The notes beneath the pieces were generated by a model. The model searched no databases. It was not told the origin of the DNA and saw nothing but the letters and a program-made list of their open reading frames with translations. A DNA stretch of 63,346 nucleotides, the filler included, from Octopus bimaculoides (Eukaryota): assembly GCF_001194135.2 (NCBI RefSeq). It is 5 parts of 4 records of this genome, joined end to end, with 100 filler letters (N's around TTAATTAATTAA, not from the genome) between each part and the next. Parts side by side here need not be neighbours in the genome. Positions count along the whole stretch, not along the records: positions 12,983 to 38,422 come from NC_068989.1; 4 more parts are not named here. One strand, 5' to 3'. Below, piece after piece: positions 13,262 through 26,303 of this stretch. Numbering within the stretch: the stretch's first letter is position 1; every line of letters begins with the position of its first letter. The position numbers were made by a program, and so were the translations under genes.

Positions 13262-13400
13262 GACGGGCTTCTTTCAGTTTCCGCCTACCAAATCCAGTCA
13301 CAAGGCTTTGGTCGGCCTGAAGCTATAGTAGAAGACAGTGGGACTGAACCCGTAATCATGTGGTTGGGTTGCAAGCTACTTACCGCACAGCCACTCCTGT
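13025..13400 (-). mobile_element. SINE family B copy
   Basis: TTTGACTGCGGCCATGCTGGAGCACCGCC...GCAAGCTACTTACCGCACAGCCACTCCTG. Confidence 0.78.
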
Positions 13401-14481
13401 ATATATATAAATATATATGTATCCCGACTTGTCACACGTGGCATTATTTTTATCAGGATGATAATAATGGCAAAAAATACATGTAGTTATCTACATGTAG
13501 TTGAGATTGAGGAACACAAACCAAATAAGAAAGAAAAAAAGAGGTCATTCTAAAATGCTTTTTACTACATTGTTCTATTTACTCTAAAACCCTAGAAGCG
13601 TATATGTACGGTCTTTAACATTTCATTCTCACTTTATCAATTATCTAACTTCAAATTAATCAATACGGAATAAGAAATATTTCGTAATTGACAAATATTA
13701 TTACGCTTTAATTTAATTAAATATAATTTCTGTTAAAATATTTATGTCTTTTATTTTCCATTTATACCATTTTGATCACTAGAATAAATTTCATTTAGAA
13801 AGCAATTCATGAAATCTCAGTGAATGATTCTGATAATTAATAAATTTGTCGATATGGGAAGGATATTCTACATTTTTTTAAAAATATGTGCATACATACA
13901 ATTAATAAGAATTTCATTAATTTACTTCGTGATGTTTAATAAAAATTAAATGAGATGTTTGTCTATCAAATCTGTCGATTAATGTTCCATGAACATTTCT
14001 TATAAATCTCAGTGCTTTAAATAAATGATCTGACCAGACTGTCTGGTAAGGATAAAGAATGGTTCATATCAATTTGTGAAATATAAAATTTTACGAAAAC
14101 TAGATATAAATATTAATATAAAATAGTAGACATAGAAAAAAGACATTCAACTAGAGAAGTTTCGAAAAAAAAAATTGAACTGTTTCAACGAAATACATGA
14201 AACAAATGTGCATCGTTTTTTCTCAAATTGTTCAAAAATAAAATATTGGGTTTGAGAAAATAATTAACTAATAATTTTTGATGGAAATTCAATCAATACA
14301 AACATTTATATTTATTCATTTGATTTTAAATAATTCACTCAGACACACAAATAAATGAAGTACACACACACGCAGCGCACACGCACACACACGCACATAC
14401 ACAAGCACACACACACGCACCCACACACACATACACACACACACACACATATAAATATATATACGATGGCCTTTCAGTTTA

Positions 14482-15540
14482 AGAGCCTGGGCCCGCTTTC
14501 CCCCAGGCCCTGCCGGGTGGTATCTCCAATCCACCCCGCTTCGGTGCCCGGGGGTAGATCACATACCCAGGCTCTTATCACCTTTCTCCCACAAGATGTG
14601 AGGAGGAACAATATTAATTCCCCTTCTAGGAACTGGCTTGCAGCAATGCAAGCTTCCTCAGGGGTGTCAAAAAGCAACGACAGCGTTGCATATTGGACAC
14701 CCCTGGACACAAAGTAATCTTTAGCTGGCAAACATTTTGCCAGCTCTTTGTCAATAATATCACTATCGAAGAGGGCGATGGCGCCACGGAACCTCGAATA
14801 GGTCCGTAATACCACCGTTCTCTTCTCAAGGTCTTCAAGCCACTGCTTGGGAAATCTCCTCCAAAGCAGTAGTCTACTCTTTTAACTTTTTTCCTGCCAT
14901 AACTAAATGTTCAAATAGGAAATAATTGTTCACAAACAAAGTCTCAAAATGATGACAGTTCAGAAAAAAAAAGAAATAGTTCAGTAAACGAAACAGAAAC
15001 AGTTCAAAAATAAAAAAGGAGGAAGAGAAAAACAAGGAAAACCGTTCAAGGAAAAAGTAAAGAAAGAGAATGTTTTTTTTAAAAAAGGAAAAACTGAATC
15101 CTCGGCAGGAACAAAATGGGCTACACCGTACTCCAGCCCTGGCTTGAACTGGTACTCCGTTGCAGTCAAATAAACACTCAATAGTCCTGGTCCGTAATCC
15201 AGCGACCGAAGTGAGAAAAAATCTTTAAATGGTTTCTGCTTTCTGAACTGGGTTATTTCATAGAAACGCTCACCAGCAGCCAGTCACACACACTATGCCT
15301 GGAACAGGCAACAGTTCAATCAAATTTTCTCAAATTTTCAAATTTTCGACACCGCCAAGTGCAACCGAAATGCCCCAGAGATGGGCAGAACATACTGTAA
15401 AAAAAAAAAAACACAATACTGCTACCCAGCTCACAAAAAACCAAATTAGCTTACCCTTACAATGTCCTCTGTTCCTTTGAGGGAGCTATGAGCTGCACTT
15501 CTAACTTCAATTGTAACCGGACGTAGACTGCCAACACAAA
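14482..15540 (-). mobile_element. Probable LINE 5' fragment (5' UTR plus ORF1-like N-terminus)
   Basis: A GC-richer block with the open frame EDLEKRTVVLRTYSRF..VSRGVQYATLSLLFDTPEEA..CGRKVIRAWVCDLPPG, resembling RRM-like ORF1 N-termini. The family assignment is inference. Confidence 0.4.
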
Positions 15541-15738
15541 CTTGGTAAGCAAGCTACTTACCACACAGCCACATCTGCAACTATATATACATATATTCGC
15601 GTGTGTGAATTATTTAAAATCAAATGGGTGGACAAGGGTATATGCATTCATACATACGTGATGCATACGTACATGCATGCATACATATATACATACATAC
15701 GTACATACACATACATACATACATACATACATACATAC

Positions 15739-15782
<44 letters not shown>

Positions 15783-15784
<2 letters not shown>

Positions 15785-17137
15785 TAGCAAACGCACCCGA
15801 TCTTTGGACGCTTTAAGTTGCTTTGGGGCTATTTTTTTCACTAAAGAATTGAACTACCGAGAAGGTTTATGAGTCACACGACAATCTACGTTTCTGATTA
15901 ACCAAGGAAGGGAAAATCAAATTGAAGAGGCTGATTATTGTGGAGGTCGTTGCACTTTAATAATCATAGAACATATAAGTTTGCAAGCGATGCAAAGTAG
16001 AGCTACTGAAGTGTTTTGAGAGTAGATTACAGATAATGACTACAAGATATAGTTGTTTTACATGAAAACGAAATTTCTTTCAGAAACAGCAACATAAACG
16101 GTGTAATGAAATTGGAGGAAGACGTCGTCACTCCCCACTTCTGCTAGTTTATTTTTTTCAACAGCAAAGGGAGCTACTATTTTCGGAGAGATAAGGTAGC
16201 ATAAGGCCCTTTATTCCGTCTTCTCACATAGCCTACGCATAAACTAACAGCGAATGCTGCATAAAGTTTAATTGGTATGCAGCTTTCTGAAAGTGGAAAC
16301 AAAATTCTTATATCAAGGTTGATTCTTTGGGACGAATCATACGTGATTGTCTAAAAAAGTCTAGAACGATAATGCTAGAACATATTTGAGACAATGGACG
16401 GCAGTCGAAATATCATAATGGATGGGTAAATAAGCATCCTTAAAGTGAAACAACGCATTAGTAGGTATCAACAAATAGAAGAGAGGGAAGGGAACATCAC
16501 CCTTCAAGTAACTCAGAATAGGTAAAGGTAAGCTTGCCAAAGTTTAATGCAGCTTAAATATGGAGATTAAGATTATTTGGTATTGGATATTCATCGCGTA
16601 CAGTGTTCCTAGTCAATTTAATAACCATCGCATTTGGACAGTCGAAATAAATAAATAGACAAAATCTTTTCAGTTTGATAAAAAGATTAAAAGAGTGTGG
16701 ACGACCTTATATACAAAGCACTATGTCCATTTAGGTCCATTTACGCGGCAGCTCTGAGATAAGTAATGTATGTGTAAAGTTTGGTGAAAATCGGTTGAGA
16801 ATTGTGGAAATTTATGCGTTCAGTGTTCCTAGTCAATTTAATCACCGTCGCTGGTGGACTGGAAATAAATAGACAAAATCCTTTCACTTTTATAAAAAAG
16901 ATTAAAAAGTAAGGAAGACCCTTCAGATTATAAAACAGCTAATTAATGCAAATGAATAGGAATTATCTACTGTTAGTTTCCCATCGCTCTAGAGATCGCA
17001 ATATAGATTTTTGTGTTCGGGTCAGTGATATGAAACAGGGGTGTATAAAATTTTAAAGAAATCGGATGAAAGATGTAGAAGTAATTGAGGTACATTAAAT
17101 TTTTGTACATACACACATACACACACACACACACATA

Positions 17138-17234
<97 letters not shown>

Positions 17235-17275
17235 AAAATTTATATTGTCTAAATGCCTAGATACCAACATTATCT
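15783..17275 (+). mobile_element. Putative Helitron deletion derivative
   Basis: Starts ACTAGCAAACGCACCCG in (TA)n. Pif1-like remnants GATIFGEIR*H, RLILWDE, RIGKGKL at about 16160-16540. Imperfect internal direct repeat at about 16600-16700 and 16820-16915. Ends after (CA)n. Confidence 0.45.
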
Positions 17276-17329
17276 ATGAAGTCTACTGAACATTGTGAGT
17301 AATTTATTTTACTGGTGTTCTGAGGATTA

Positions 17330-17730
17330 ATTACTCTTGTGCATCAAATATAACATTTTTAATCACTGCAAGCCATCCTACCTTTGCTTCCAATGCACCT
17401 CTTGTGCACACATACAGCACCTTACTTACAATGCATGGAATTTCTTCCATATCCTTTTCTGTAATTTTTCTGGTGTATCAGATCTGTTTTTTTTCCTAGT
17501 TATTAAAACTTTATGATTTGCTAGTTTTACCCCGTGTAATGTTAATTCTAGATTTTCTTTCTACATATTCTCAAACTTTTCCACAATTTCACAGTCTTTG
17601 CTGTAAAGAATACTTCATCAACATATAGAAGTTGCTGCGGCGAACCGGGCTTAAACTACTCTGTTATGTCTTGGAGAAACACGATATGGGTGAAAGCAGA
17701 CTATCGCTGAACATCTGCCTATGTTCTGAA
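17330..17730 (-). mobile_element. RTE-like LINE RT fragment (very degenerate)
   Basis: Across frames: FLQDITE*FKPGSPQQLLYVDEVF (YADD-type motif), VKLANHKVLI, RKGYGRNSMHC..VHKRC (Cys-rich segment seen after the RT in some RTE elements). Confidence 0.55.
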
Positions 17731-19728
17731 TTGATCACAAAATTCTGGCTCATGCCATCCGATTAAAAATCTCTGGTACCGACCCAGTATAGCATAAACA
17801 GTTAAGGACATGTTATTTATGCTCAAGGATTCGGAGGAGAAAAATCTCTCATTCTTCATCACCAAAGTCATATTGAGTCCATGTTTCAAAGATGTTGCTA
17901 AACATTGAATAAAAACGGATGTCACACAGGATGTAGAAAAGCGAATGTATTTTTCTCATTATGTAACATTTGCTTGTGTAAATGTTTCTAATTCATGTAT
18001 TGAATATTTTGCTTCATTCATTCTTAAAAGAATGAACATTGGAATACACTGAAGTAAAAGGAAGTTATTTCAGCTTATAGCTAGAAGAGTTTGTGTAAAA
18101 TATTATTTAATCAATAAATACAAGGATGCAGGTTTACTGTGTACATTTGCTTCATAAATACCTTTCACCTTCCTGACTGAATCATAGTATATGGCTCAGA
18201 AGCCTTTGATGTCATTCATTTAGAATTAATTTTCTTTAAGACCACGAGCATATAGATAATCGTAATCTGTAACCAGCTTTCTCATTTTAAAAACGGTTTG
18301 AGAGAGAGGTTTAAACTTTACTAAAGGTTTCTCATACTTTTGTTTCACTCTGAAAAGCACATCCAATCTAAATTGTTTTCCCCTAAACAATTGTGGCAAT
18401 ATTCTCACCGGTATTTCTTAGCTGTCTCTATAATTTCCGTATGTATGTAATTGCAACTTCCTGGGGAAGGTTCTTGTAGCAGGTGATGATTATAATACTA
18501 CACCAGTTTTCGGGCATGGTATTCCCTCTTTTACTTGGTTGACCAGGAGGGTATCTATTGTGAGCTCTATGTCTCTGTCGTATCTAATTAACATTTTGAC
18601 TTTATACCATTCACCTCAATAGCAGGTCTCTTTGTTGACTATAATACTGATAGGTTCTCTTCCTTCTATACACTTTCTGCCTTCTTTTTCTCCTCGAAAG
18701 CCTTTTGCGTCTGAGCATTAAGGAAGGTAAGTGCGCCACTGTGATTTTGAATTCACATTTCTCCAACATAGTTTACAATTCAATATAACGCCACATTTTG
18801 TGATTTAGAGCAAATGATCGCCTCTGATTCTCTCGATGCTGAAAAATAGGAAAAATCCTTTTAGCTTCTCTACAGACTGTTTAAATTTTTTTCTAACAAT
18901 ATATTCCTTTCTAACCCCTTCTGCCTTTCTTTTCTTCCAGCTCTTCCAGACTTCATATTTGTATTTCGGCTAGTTATTCCACCTCCATGTTAAATGCCAT
19001 TTAACTAGAATGTTGCTCAAGAAGTCTGTATTTGCAGCAAGATATCTCGTTTCAATTCCCAGTTGCTCTTTATGCTTTAGGTCTCTTCTTACTCTACACT
19101 TTCGTCACACATTATTTAGAATTGGCCTTAATATATATTTTAGTACGATATTTAGTTTCCGCACCTTCATCCTTCGGATTGTTTTTTTGTCTCTCAGGAT
19201 GTCTGGAAATGTTTTTACTTCTTAAAATATTAGGTAAATCGAGTTGTATAAAAATATACCTTGATATGTAGATAGAAAGTCTATGTCTTTCTGTCTATCA
19301 CGGTGTTCACATGTGTAAGTGTAATGTTTAAACCAAACTTAGCTGCAGCAACAAAACAGAAGATATGGGCGAAAATTTTAAAATATCAATACAATACTAT
19401 GCTGTTTTTCTATTGTTTATTGTTATGTGTCAAAATGAATATATGAAATTATAAAACGTGGAATTTCCACAGCTCGGTCTTAACTTGCTACATCTTTAGA
19501 AGTCATCTTTAGAAGTCATCTTTAAAATAAGGCGAATTATTTTACTTGTAATTTTACGTTAATTACAGGGATTCGAAATTGAAGAAAATTGTCTGTACTA
19601 TTTTCTCTGAAAACTTTAATTCCATAAGAATTAAACCAGTTACGTAAGTACAAAAACATTGGATACAAGTTTATTCACCTACGCTTCTAACGCTCTTAAA
19701 AATCATGTATAGCACACAAAAAATGGTC

Positions 19729-19774
<46 letters not shown>

Positions 19775-21159
19775 TACATTGATATATAAGGGTAAGATCC
19801 AGGGATCCAAGTGTAGGAAGTTTGTAAGCTTTAAGCTGTCCGTGGCAAGTAGAGAAAACGAGAAGCGGACAGTGTACGATTAGGCACAATAACAATTTAT
19901 TGGTGTTGCATGTTGCACAATTTCTCCCATATCGAAGTTACGAGTAAATTCTATCAACTGAAAGTTTCTGTATACCTCACGGTTCGCAATTATATTTGCT
20001 ACAAATGCGAATAAAAATACAAATTAAGGGATTGAAACGGGTAAAACGCAGGCTTCATATGTTTCTTAGATAGCTGATTCACTGATGTAATAGTTACTCA
20101 ACGATGGCTACTCAACTTAGCTAACCATCAGGCTGAGTATACCCTAATTAAATGAAGGTTACAATGTCGCTTGGAGTTTCGTCTCACCGCAGATGTGAGA
20201 TGAAATGAATAACAAAGCTGGAAAAGCAGAGCAAAAATTAAATGTTTGCAGAAATATAATGGCCAAAAAGTAGGAAAGGAAAAGATGAGATAATATGTGT
20301 GAAGGTGGGAGTCGTATAAGATTGATAGAAATGAAGGGGAAGGAAGAAAGAGGAGGTATATAAGTGCTTGTCATAAATATTTAGCTGAGATGGGTAAAGA
20401 TAAAGCTGATCCTGGGGTAGTGATTTCTTGGCGGACAGTTGGTGCTAGTACTGCTGGCCGTTGGTCTACGTTACACTATATATACAACCCCGCGTACCCA
20501 CTCTCACATACACGTGCACACTGTTCACACCTGAAGTATCAACAAATGTTCACACGCGCGCAGAAGTACTCACACTGCGTGCACGCACACACGCAGGCAC
20601 ATGTTTATATGCTATGAGCGTGCGCGTGTATACAGCGTGTAGATACTCCTTTGTATGTAGTTACACATACAAATATATTTGAGTGCCCAAAGGTGCGCGC
20701 ACGCATCCATAGGCGTAAGAGTTCACCCTCATGCACACACGCGTCTACATGTATAACCAGGCATATATTCAGACATACAAAAGGTAGGTGTGCGACTACA
20801 TACACGTACCTGCGAGAAGAAGAACAAAACAAGAAATAAAGAGAAAGAATAGAAATAGGAAAAAAGGGAAGGAAAGAGGAAAAAATAAAGAGGAGGAAAA
20901 AGAATAGGGGTATATGAAAGAAAAGATGGAAGGAAGAAAAAATAAGGAGACCACAAATGGCAAAAAGGAAATATATAAAATGACGCTAAAAGGTAATAGT
21001 TATAAATATTAGGTAATGTAGGAGGATTAGCAAGGGAGATATTGGAGTGAAACACTAGCATCTGTACCTTAAGAATGTGTTACGTAAGTTGTGTCTTCAG
21101 ATGAAAATAAAGTCAGTACGTTCGTTTATGCAGTCATTGCATTGTGTAACAGATATGAC

Positions 21160-22420
21160 TTCTACAAGCCCACAAGCTAGGTAACCTCCTGGTCCACAGT
21201 TTCTACCCCTAACACCACCTCCCAACCTGGCTCGTTCCCCCGCTCCCGCCCACGTTGCCGCACTTGCCCATACTTCTCCAGCACCACCATCCTCACAGGC
21301 ATCCATCATCGTCCCTATCACATCAGTGACTCCTTTACCTGCACTTCTCTGTACATCGGGCAAAAGGGACATCGCTTGGCTGACCGGTTCGCCGCACACC
21401 TCCGAGACATTAGACTGGACAATGACATCTCAGTCTCGCGCCATTTCCGCTCTCCCGGTCATTCATTACAACACCTGTCTATTTTCGGATTGTCATGGCA
21501 CAAGGGCCATCCGGATTCCCGACTTCACTGTAAACAGAAATTACACTTCTCTCTTCGCTCCTTTGCGCCACATAGACTCAACTCCCCTCCCCTCTTCATC
21601 TGATTCTCCTCTACTCCTCTCTTCATCTGACACTTACTTCCCCTCTTCAGTCCTAGCCACCGCTCCTCTCCTCTCTCGCTCTGACATCTACTTCCTCTCT
21701 GTACTATTACCTATCGTCTCTCTTTATTGTTCCTCTGTCTATCCACACCCAACCCCACCCCACGCATCCCACTGCCACATAGTCCACCCCTACTCTCACA
21801 CTTCCTCCCATATCCTCACATACTTACACACCCACACCCACACCCAAACCATCCACACCATCCACACCATCCACACCCCACCCACACATCCTTAGTCCCC
21901 CACACCGCCACATCATTCTACACATCACCACTCCACCACACCACTCCACACACACTAGCACTGACCACTTCGTAACACCCACACCACACAACGTCACCGG
22001 CACACCGACACACCATCATCTACACACCCACACATTACAGACGCACACATTTCCACATACACACATCCACACATCAAAGTCACAACCCCCTATCTAAACA
22101 TACATACACACACACTCTCACATACACACACGCATGCGCACCTTTCTTTTGGGATCACCAGTACTTTATCATCTCCCCTTTTTCCTAGCTCTCCCGTCAA
22201 ACTATTTGTTCCCAACCAGTCGCCATGATTTTTTTTATTCTCCCGCTGTTTATTTCCTCATATTCCTTTCTGTTGAAGAGCGTAGGCTCGAAACCTAAAA
22301 CACTTCTTCACTTTCACGAGCATCAAACTAATACACCTGCTTCTTGCTCATACACCTGTCTTCGTCTTTTGTTTTTCTGTAAATTTCAACTATTTGTATA
22401 TATATATGTATATATATATA
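21160..22420 (+). mobile_element. Penelope-like element 3' fragment (Cys linker, GIY-YIG endonuclease remnant, low-complexity 3' region, pLTR-like end)
   Basis: QPGSFPRSRPRCRTCPY, then LYIGQKGHRLADRFAAHLRDIR..VSRHF..LN to TGA 21603. A hammerhead-like motif sits at 22267-22300 and the element ends at (TA)n. Confidence 0.8.
22267..22300 (+). ncRNA. Minimal hammerhead-ribozyme-like motif in Penelope terminal region (variant core)
   Basis: TTT-CTGTTGA-A-GAGC-GTAG-GCTC-GAAAC-CTA-AAA. Helix II is GAGC/GCTC and helix I is TTT/AAA. The core deviates (U at A6; CUA where GUH is expected). Confidence 0.5.
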
Positions 22421-22614
22421 TATATATAAAGATAATAAGAGTGAAAAAACTACAGAAGACTTGTGTTACATGGTTAAAGTGTATATTTAAATCATGTCAG
22501 AAAAATGTTATAAAATCTTTTTGGTATATAAACATTGTATTTTGAGAAATAACCGGTTTCGTGTCGTCTTTTCAAATTTCTCTACTTCATTGTAACGTGT
22601 TCGCTATACATATA

Positions 22615-22658
<44 letters not shown>

Positions 22659-24656
22659 NNNNNNNNNNNNNNNNNNNNNNNNNNNNNNNNNNNNNNNNNN
22701 NNNNNNNNNNNNNNNNNNNNNNNNNNNNNNNNNNNNNNNNNNNNNNNNNNNNNNNNNNNNNNNNNNNNNNNNNNNNNNNNNNNNNNNNNNNNNNNNNNNN
22801 NNNNNNNNNNNNNNNNNNNNNNNNNNNNNNNNNNNNNNNNNNNNNNNNNNNNNNNNNNNNNNNNNNNNNNNNNNNNNNNNNNNNNNNNNNNNNNNNNNNN
22901 NNNNNNNNNNNNNNNNNNNNNNNNNNNNNNNNNNNNNNNNNNNNNNNNNNNNNNNNNNNNNNNNNNNNNNNNNNNNNNNNNNNNNNNNNNNNNNNNNNNN
23001 NNNNNNNNNNNNNNNNNNNNNNNNNNNNNNNNNNNNNNNNNNNNNNNNNNNNNNNNNNNNNNNNNNNNNNNNNNNNNNNNNNNNNNNNNNNNNNNNNNNN
23101 NNNNNNNNNNNNNNNNNNNNNNNNNNNNNNNNNNNNNNNATATATATATATATATATATATATAATTCCTATTTTTTAATTATAATGACAGTTATGATCA
23201 AAACAAAAGTGAAGTTCAACAGAATTTATCAAACATAGCAGTGTTTCTTGAGATCTAAATTCGAGTTAAAATTTAAATTATTGTTAACAGTCCTCTGAAA
23301 TTTAGTTGCTATTGTCATGAATAATTAATGTTTTTCAGTTAATTTCCATATATCTTGAGATGTTTGAAAAGTCTTGATTGTTTTTTCTTTGTTGCGTTGT
23401 CGTGACTTTAAGTTTACATTTTCTTATTTCTATTTAGAATATTGCAGGTGGATAAGGATTAGTATGAAAACAACGCTTTACAATAGAAATTTATCGTATA
23501 TTTCCGATTTAAATTCTAAGAAAATTCCTCTATTAATATTCAATATATATATATATAATCGCCAAGTTGAATAGGATTTTCAACTTCGAATTATAGATAA
23601 TTGTTATTTTGATAAACAATAATCACGAACTATATCATATGATTAATGAAAAACATTAAATTAATGCGTGTGTAAAGAAATAAATGGATAAATACATAGA
23701 AAACAAAATAAGCAAATGGAACGGTGTCAGAATGAAGTTGCAATAAATCTTTCAGTTCTATTGCGTTTAAGAGAGATGTATTAGGAATTTCGTTAGCCTA
23801 GTTTAGATACATTAGTATTCAGAATAGTGTAAATCACTTCACAGGGCATCTGATATTACACAAAATAATTTCAAGTACTTATTTATATATTTCCACGTTT
23901 TATTTAGAAATTATCAGTTATTTCAATTTTTGCTGGAGACTTTATGTTTCAAATTAGTTAACTAAAGACAAGAATTGAACTATTACCTGCCCGTGTAATA
24001 AGCTCAATTGGAAGCAAATAGCATGTTGAATGGGACTTAGATGTAGATCTGTGATGAGCTCTAAGAGTCACAACACCAGAATTTTAACTCGGTTGTCATG
24101 GCGTATAAGTGGCTGATATTACAACATTCCCACCTCTCCATCCTAAACGACGGCATATCGGTTCGTCGTAATGTTCCTTTCCCAGGTAATGTTTACAGCT
24201 GAGTGGATTTTGCAAGGTGAAATGAAGAACTTTGCTCAAGAACATCACGTATTACCCGGTCCGGGGATCAAAACCACGATTTTATGTACGTGAGTGCAAC
24301 ACACAAGTCAATAAACTACGTGCCTTTATGAAGGCGCGTTATCTAGGAAATAGAATTTGAAAACAATACTAATAATTAATAAAGTATAAATCCCTGAGTA
24401 TCTTTGCCAACGTGTTTAATGTCGAATATTTTAAGAGATATAATCTAAGAAAAAGAGCACATTTATGTTTCAAATCTTCAGATTTACACTAGTAACACGG
24501 TAACAACTCAGAATATCAATAGCCCATTTAGATATGAATAGGTCAATCAAAATGTAAAGTTCGGCACTGTGAGCATACATGTATAATTTCTCAAATTGTG
24601 TAACTACATGCTTCACATCACATGACAACTCTTAATAACAAAACAACTCATAGCTT

Positions 24657-24754
<98 letters not shown>

Positions 24755-25622
24755 GAGACAGAGAGAGAGACAGACAGACAGAGATAGAGACAGATAGAGA
24801 GATATGGGCAACTAGGCTGCAAATCAGTAGTTGAAACTTCCTAAGTTTCAAAATAAATTCTTATATTTATTTTTACATGATGTTCTATTTCTGCACATAC
24901 TAAAGTAATTCATTGTAAAGAGATTTATTTATATCAACAATCACTAATTGCCATTTATCGCCGATGAATAAATGAATAAAATAAAAGATTTGACATCGTC
25001 TACTGATATCAGACAAAACTGTGGTGGGAATATTTACTTCAATGTCTCATTAGTGTAGAATGGTAGCAATCACAGAACTGTTGTTAAAGAATTGATTCTC
25101 TTAAGAAACAAAATCAATATGCTTTTAATTATAAAAGATGGTTGAATTTTACAGTATTAAGCCGAGCAAATTTAAAGAAAGTGTATGAAGAATGATTTTA
25201 AATATGGTTTAATTATTGAAAACCCCTGTACAATCTCAATGTTAGGAAGTAAACGGAGATGGCAACGGTGGATTAAGGTTGAAATATATAAATAATTGGA
25301 ATGAAGATTTTATTCCTCAACGAGACGCCGAGAAGCCTCAAATATTTCAGGCTAGTGGAAGAATTGTTATTATCATAATTTTTCAACTTCACGGCAACAG
25401 AAAATATCTAAGAGAAATGAAGTGACTTCGGCCGAAATCAATGCACTGCGTAATTCTTCTTTCAAATGTTTCAGTCTATAAACAGCATCCATACTTGGGC
25501 GCTTCCTCAAGATATATGTTTTTATATACTCTATCGAAGCAGGTCCAACACTTAGCTCATTGTTCTCGAACGGTAGTTCATGAAACATGAGTTGGGATCA
25601 CTCGGTTGAATAGTCAATCGGA

Positions 25623-25659
<37 letters not shown>

Positions 25660-25938
25660 TATATATATATATATATGATATATATATATATATATATATA
25701 TACGCATATANNNNNNNNNNNNNNNNNNNNNNNNNNNNNNNNNNNNNNNNNNNNNNNNNNNNNNNNNNNNNNNNNNNNNNNNNNNNNNNNNNNNNNNNNN
25801 NNNNNNNNNNNNNNNNNNNNNNNNNNNNNNNNNNNNNNNNNNNNNNNNNNNNNNNNNNNNNNNNNNNNNNNNNNNNNNNNNNNNNNNNNNNNNNNNNNNN
25901 NNNNNNNNNNNNNNNNNNNNNNNNNNNNNNNNNNNNNN

Positions 25939-25991
<53 letters not shown>

Positions 25992-26303
25992 AGAGCAGAG
26001 AGAGAGAGAGAGAGAGAAGAGCAGATATAGAGAGAAGATTCATGCAAAACGTAGAATTACACAGAATATGGCTATACCTTGTAAAAGAATATACATTCTC
26101 CTAAGACTTTGAAACTTGAACACTTTTGAAATGACCGCATCCTCCCCGATTGTCTTAGTTCTTCCATGTTGATAGGCATATAATGGAAGAAGAAAAAGAA
26201 GAAAATACTTTCACATGAAATTTCAATCAAATGACTATTTGAGAAGAAACCTCTCTCTATCTCTATCTGTCTCTCTATTCATCTATCCTTTCCCCATCCT
26301 ATG

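Noticed and set aside
18226-19271. Coding-like minus-strand stretch
   Set aside because: No recognisable motif in any frame and many stops. It may be a decayed element but is unsupported.
25373-25588. 71-aa ORF as a host exon
   Set aside because: No recognisable domain, no splice context established, and no partner exons.
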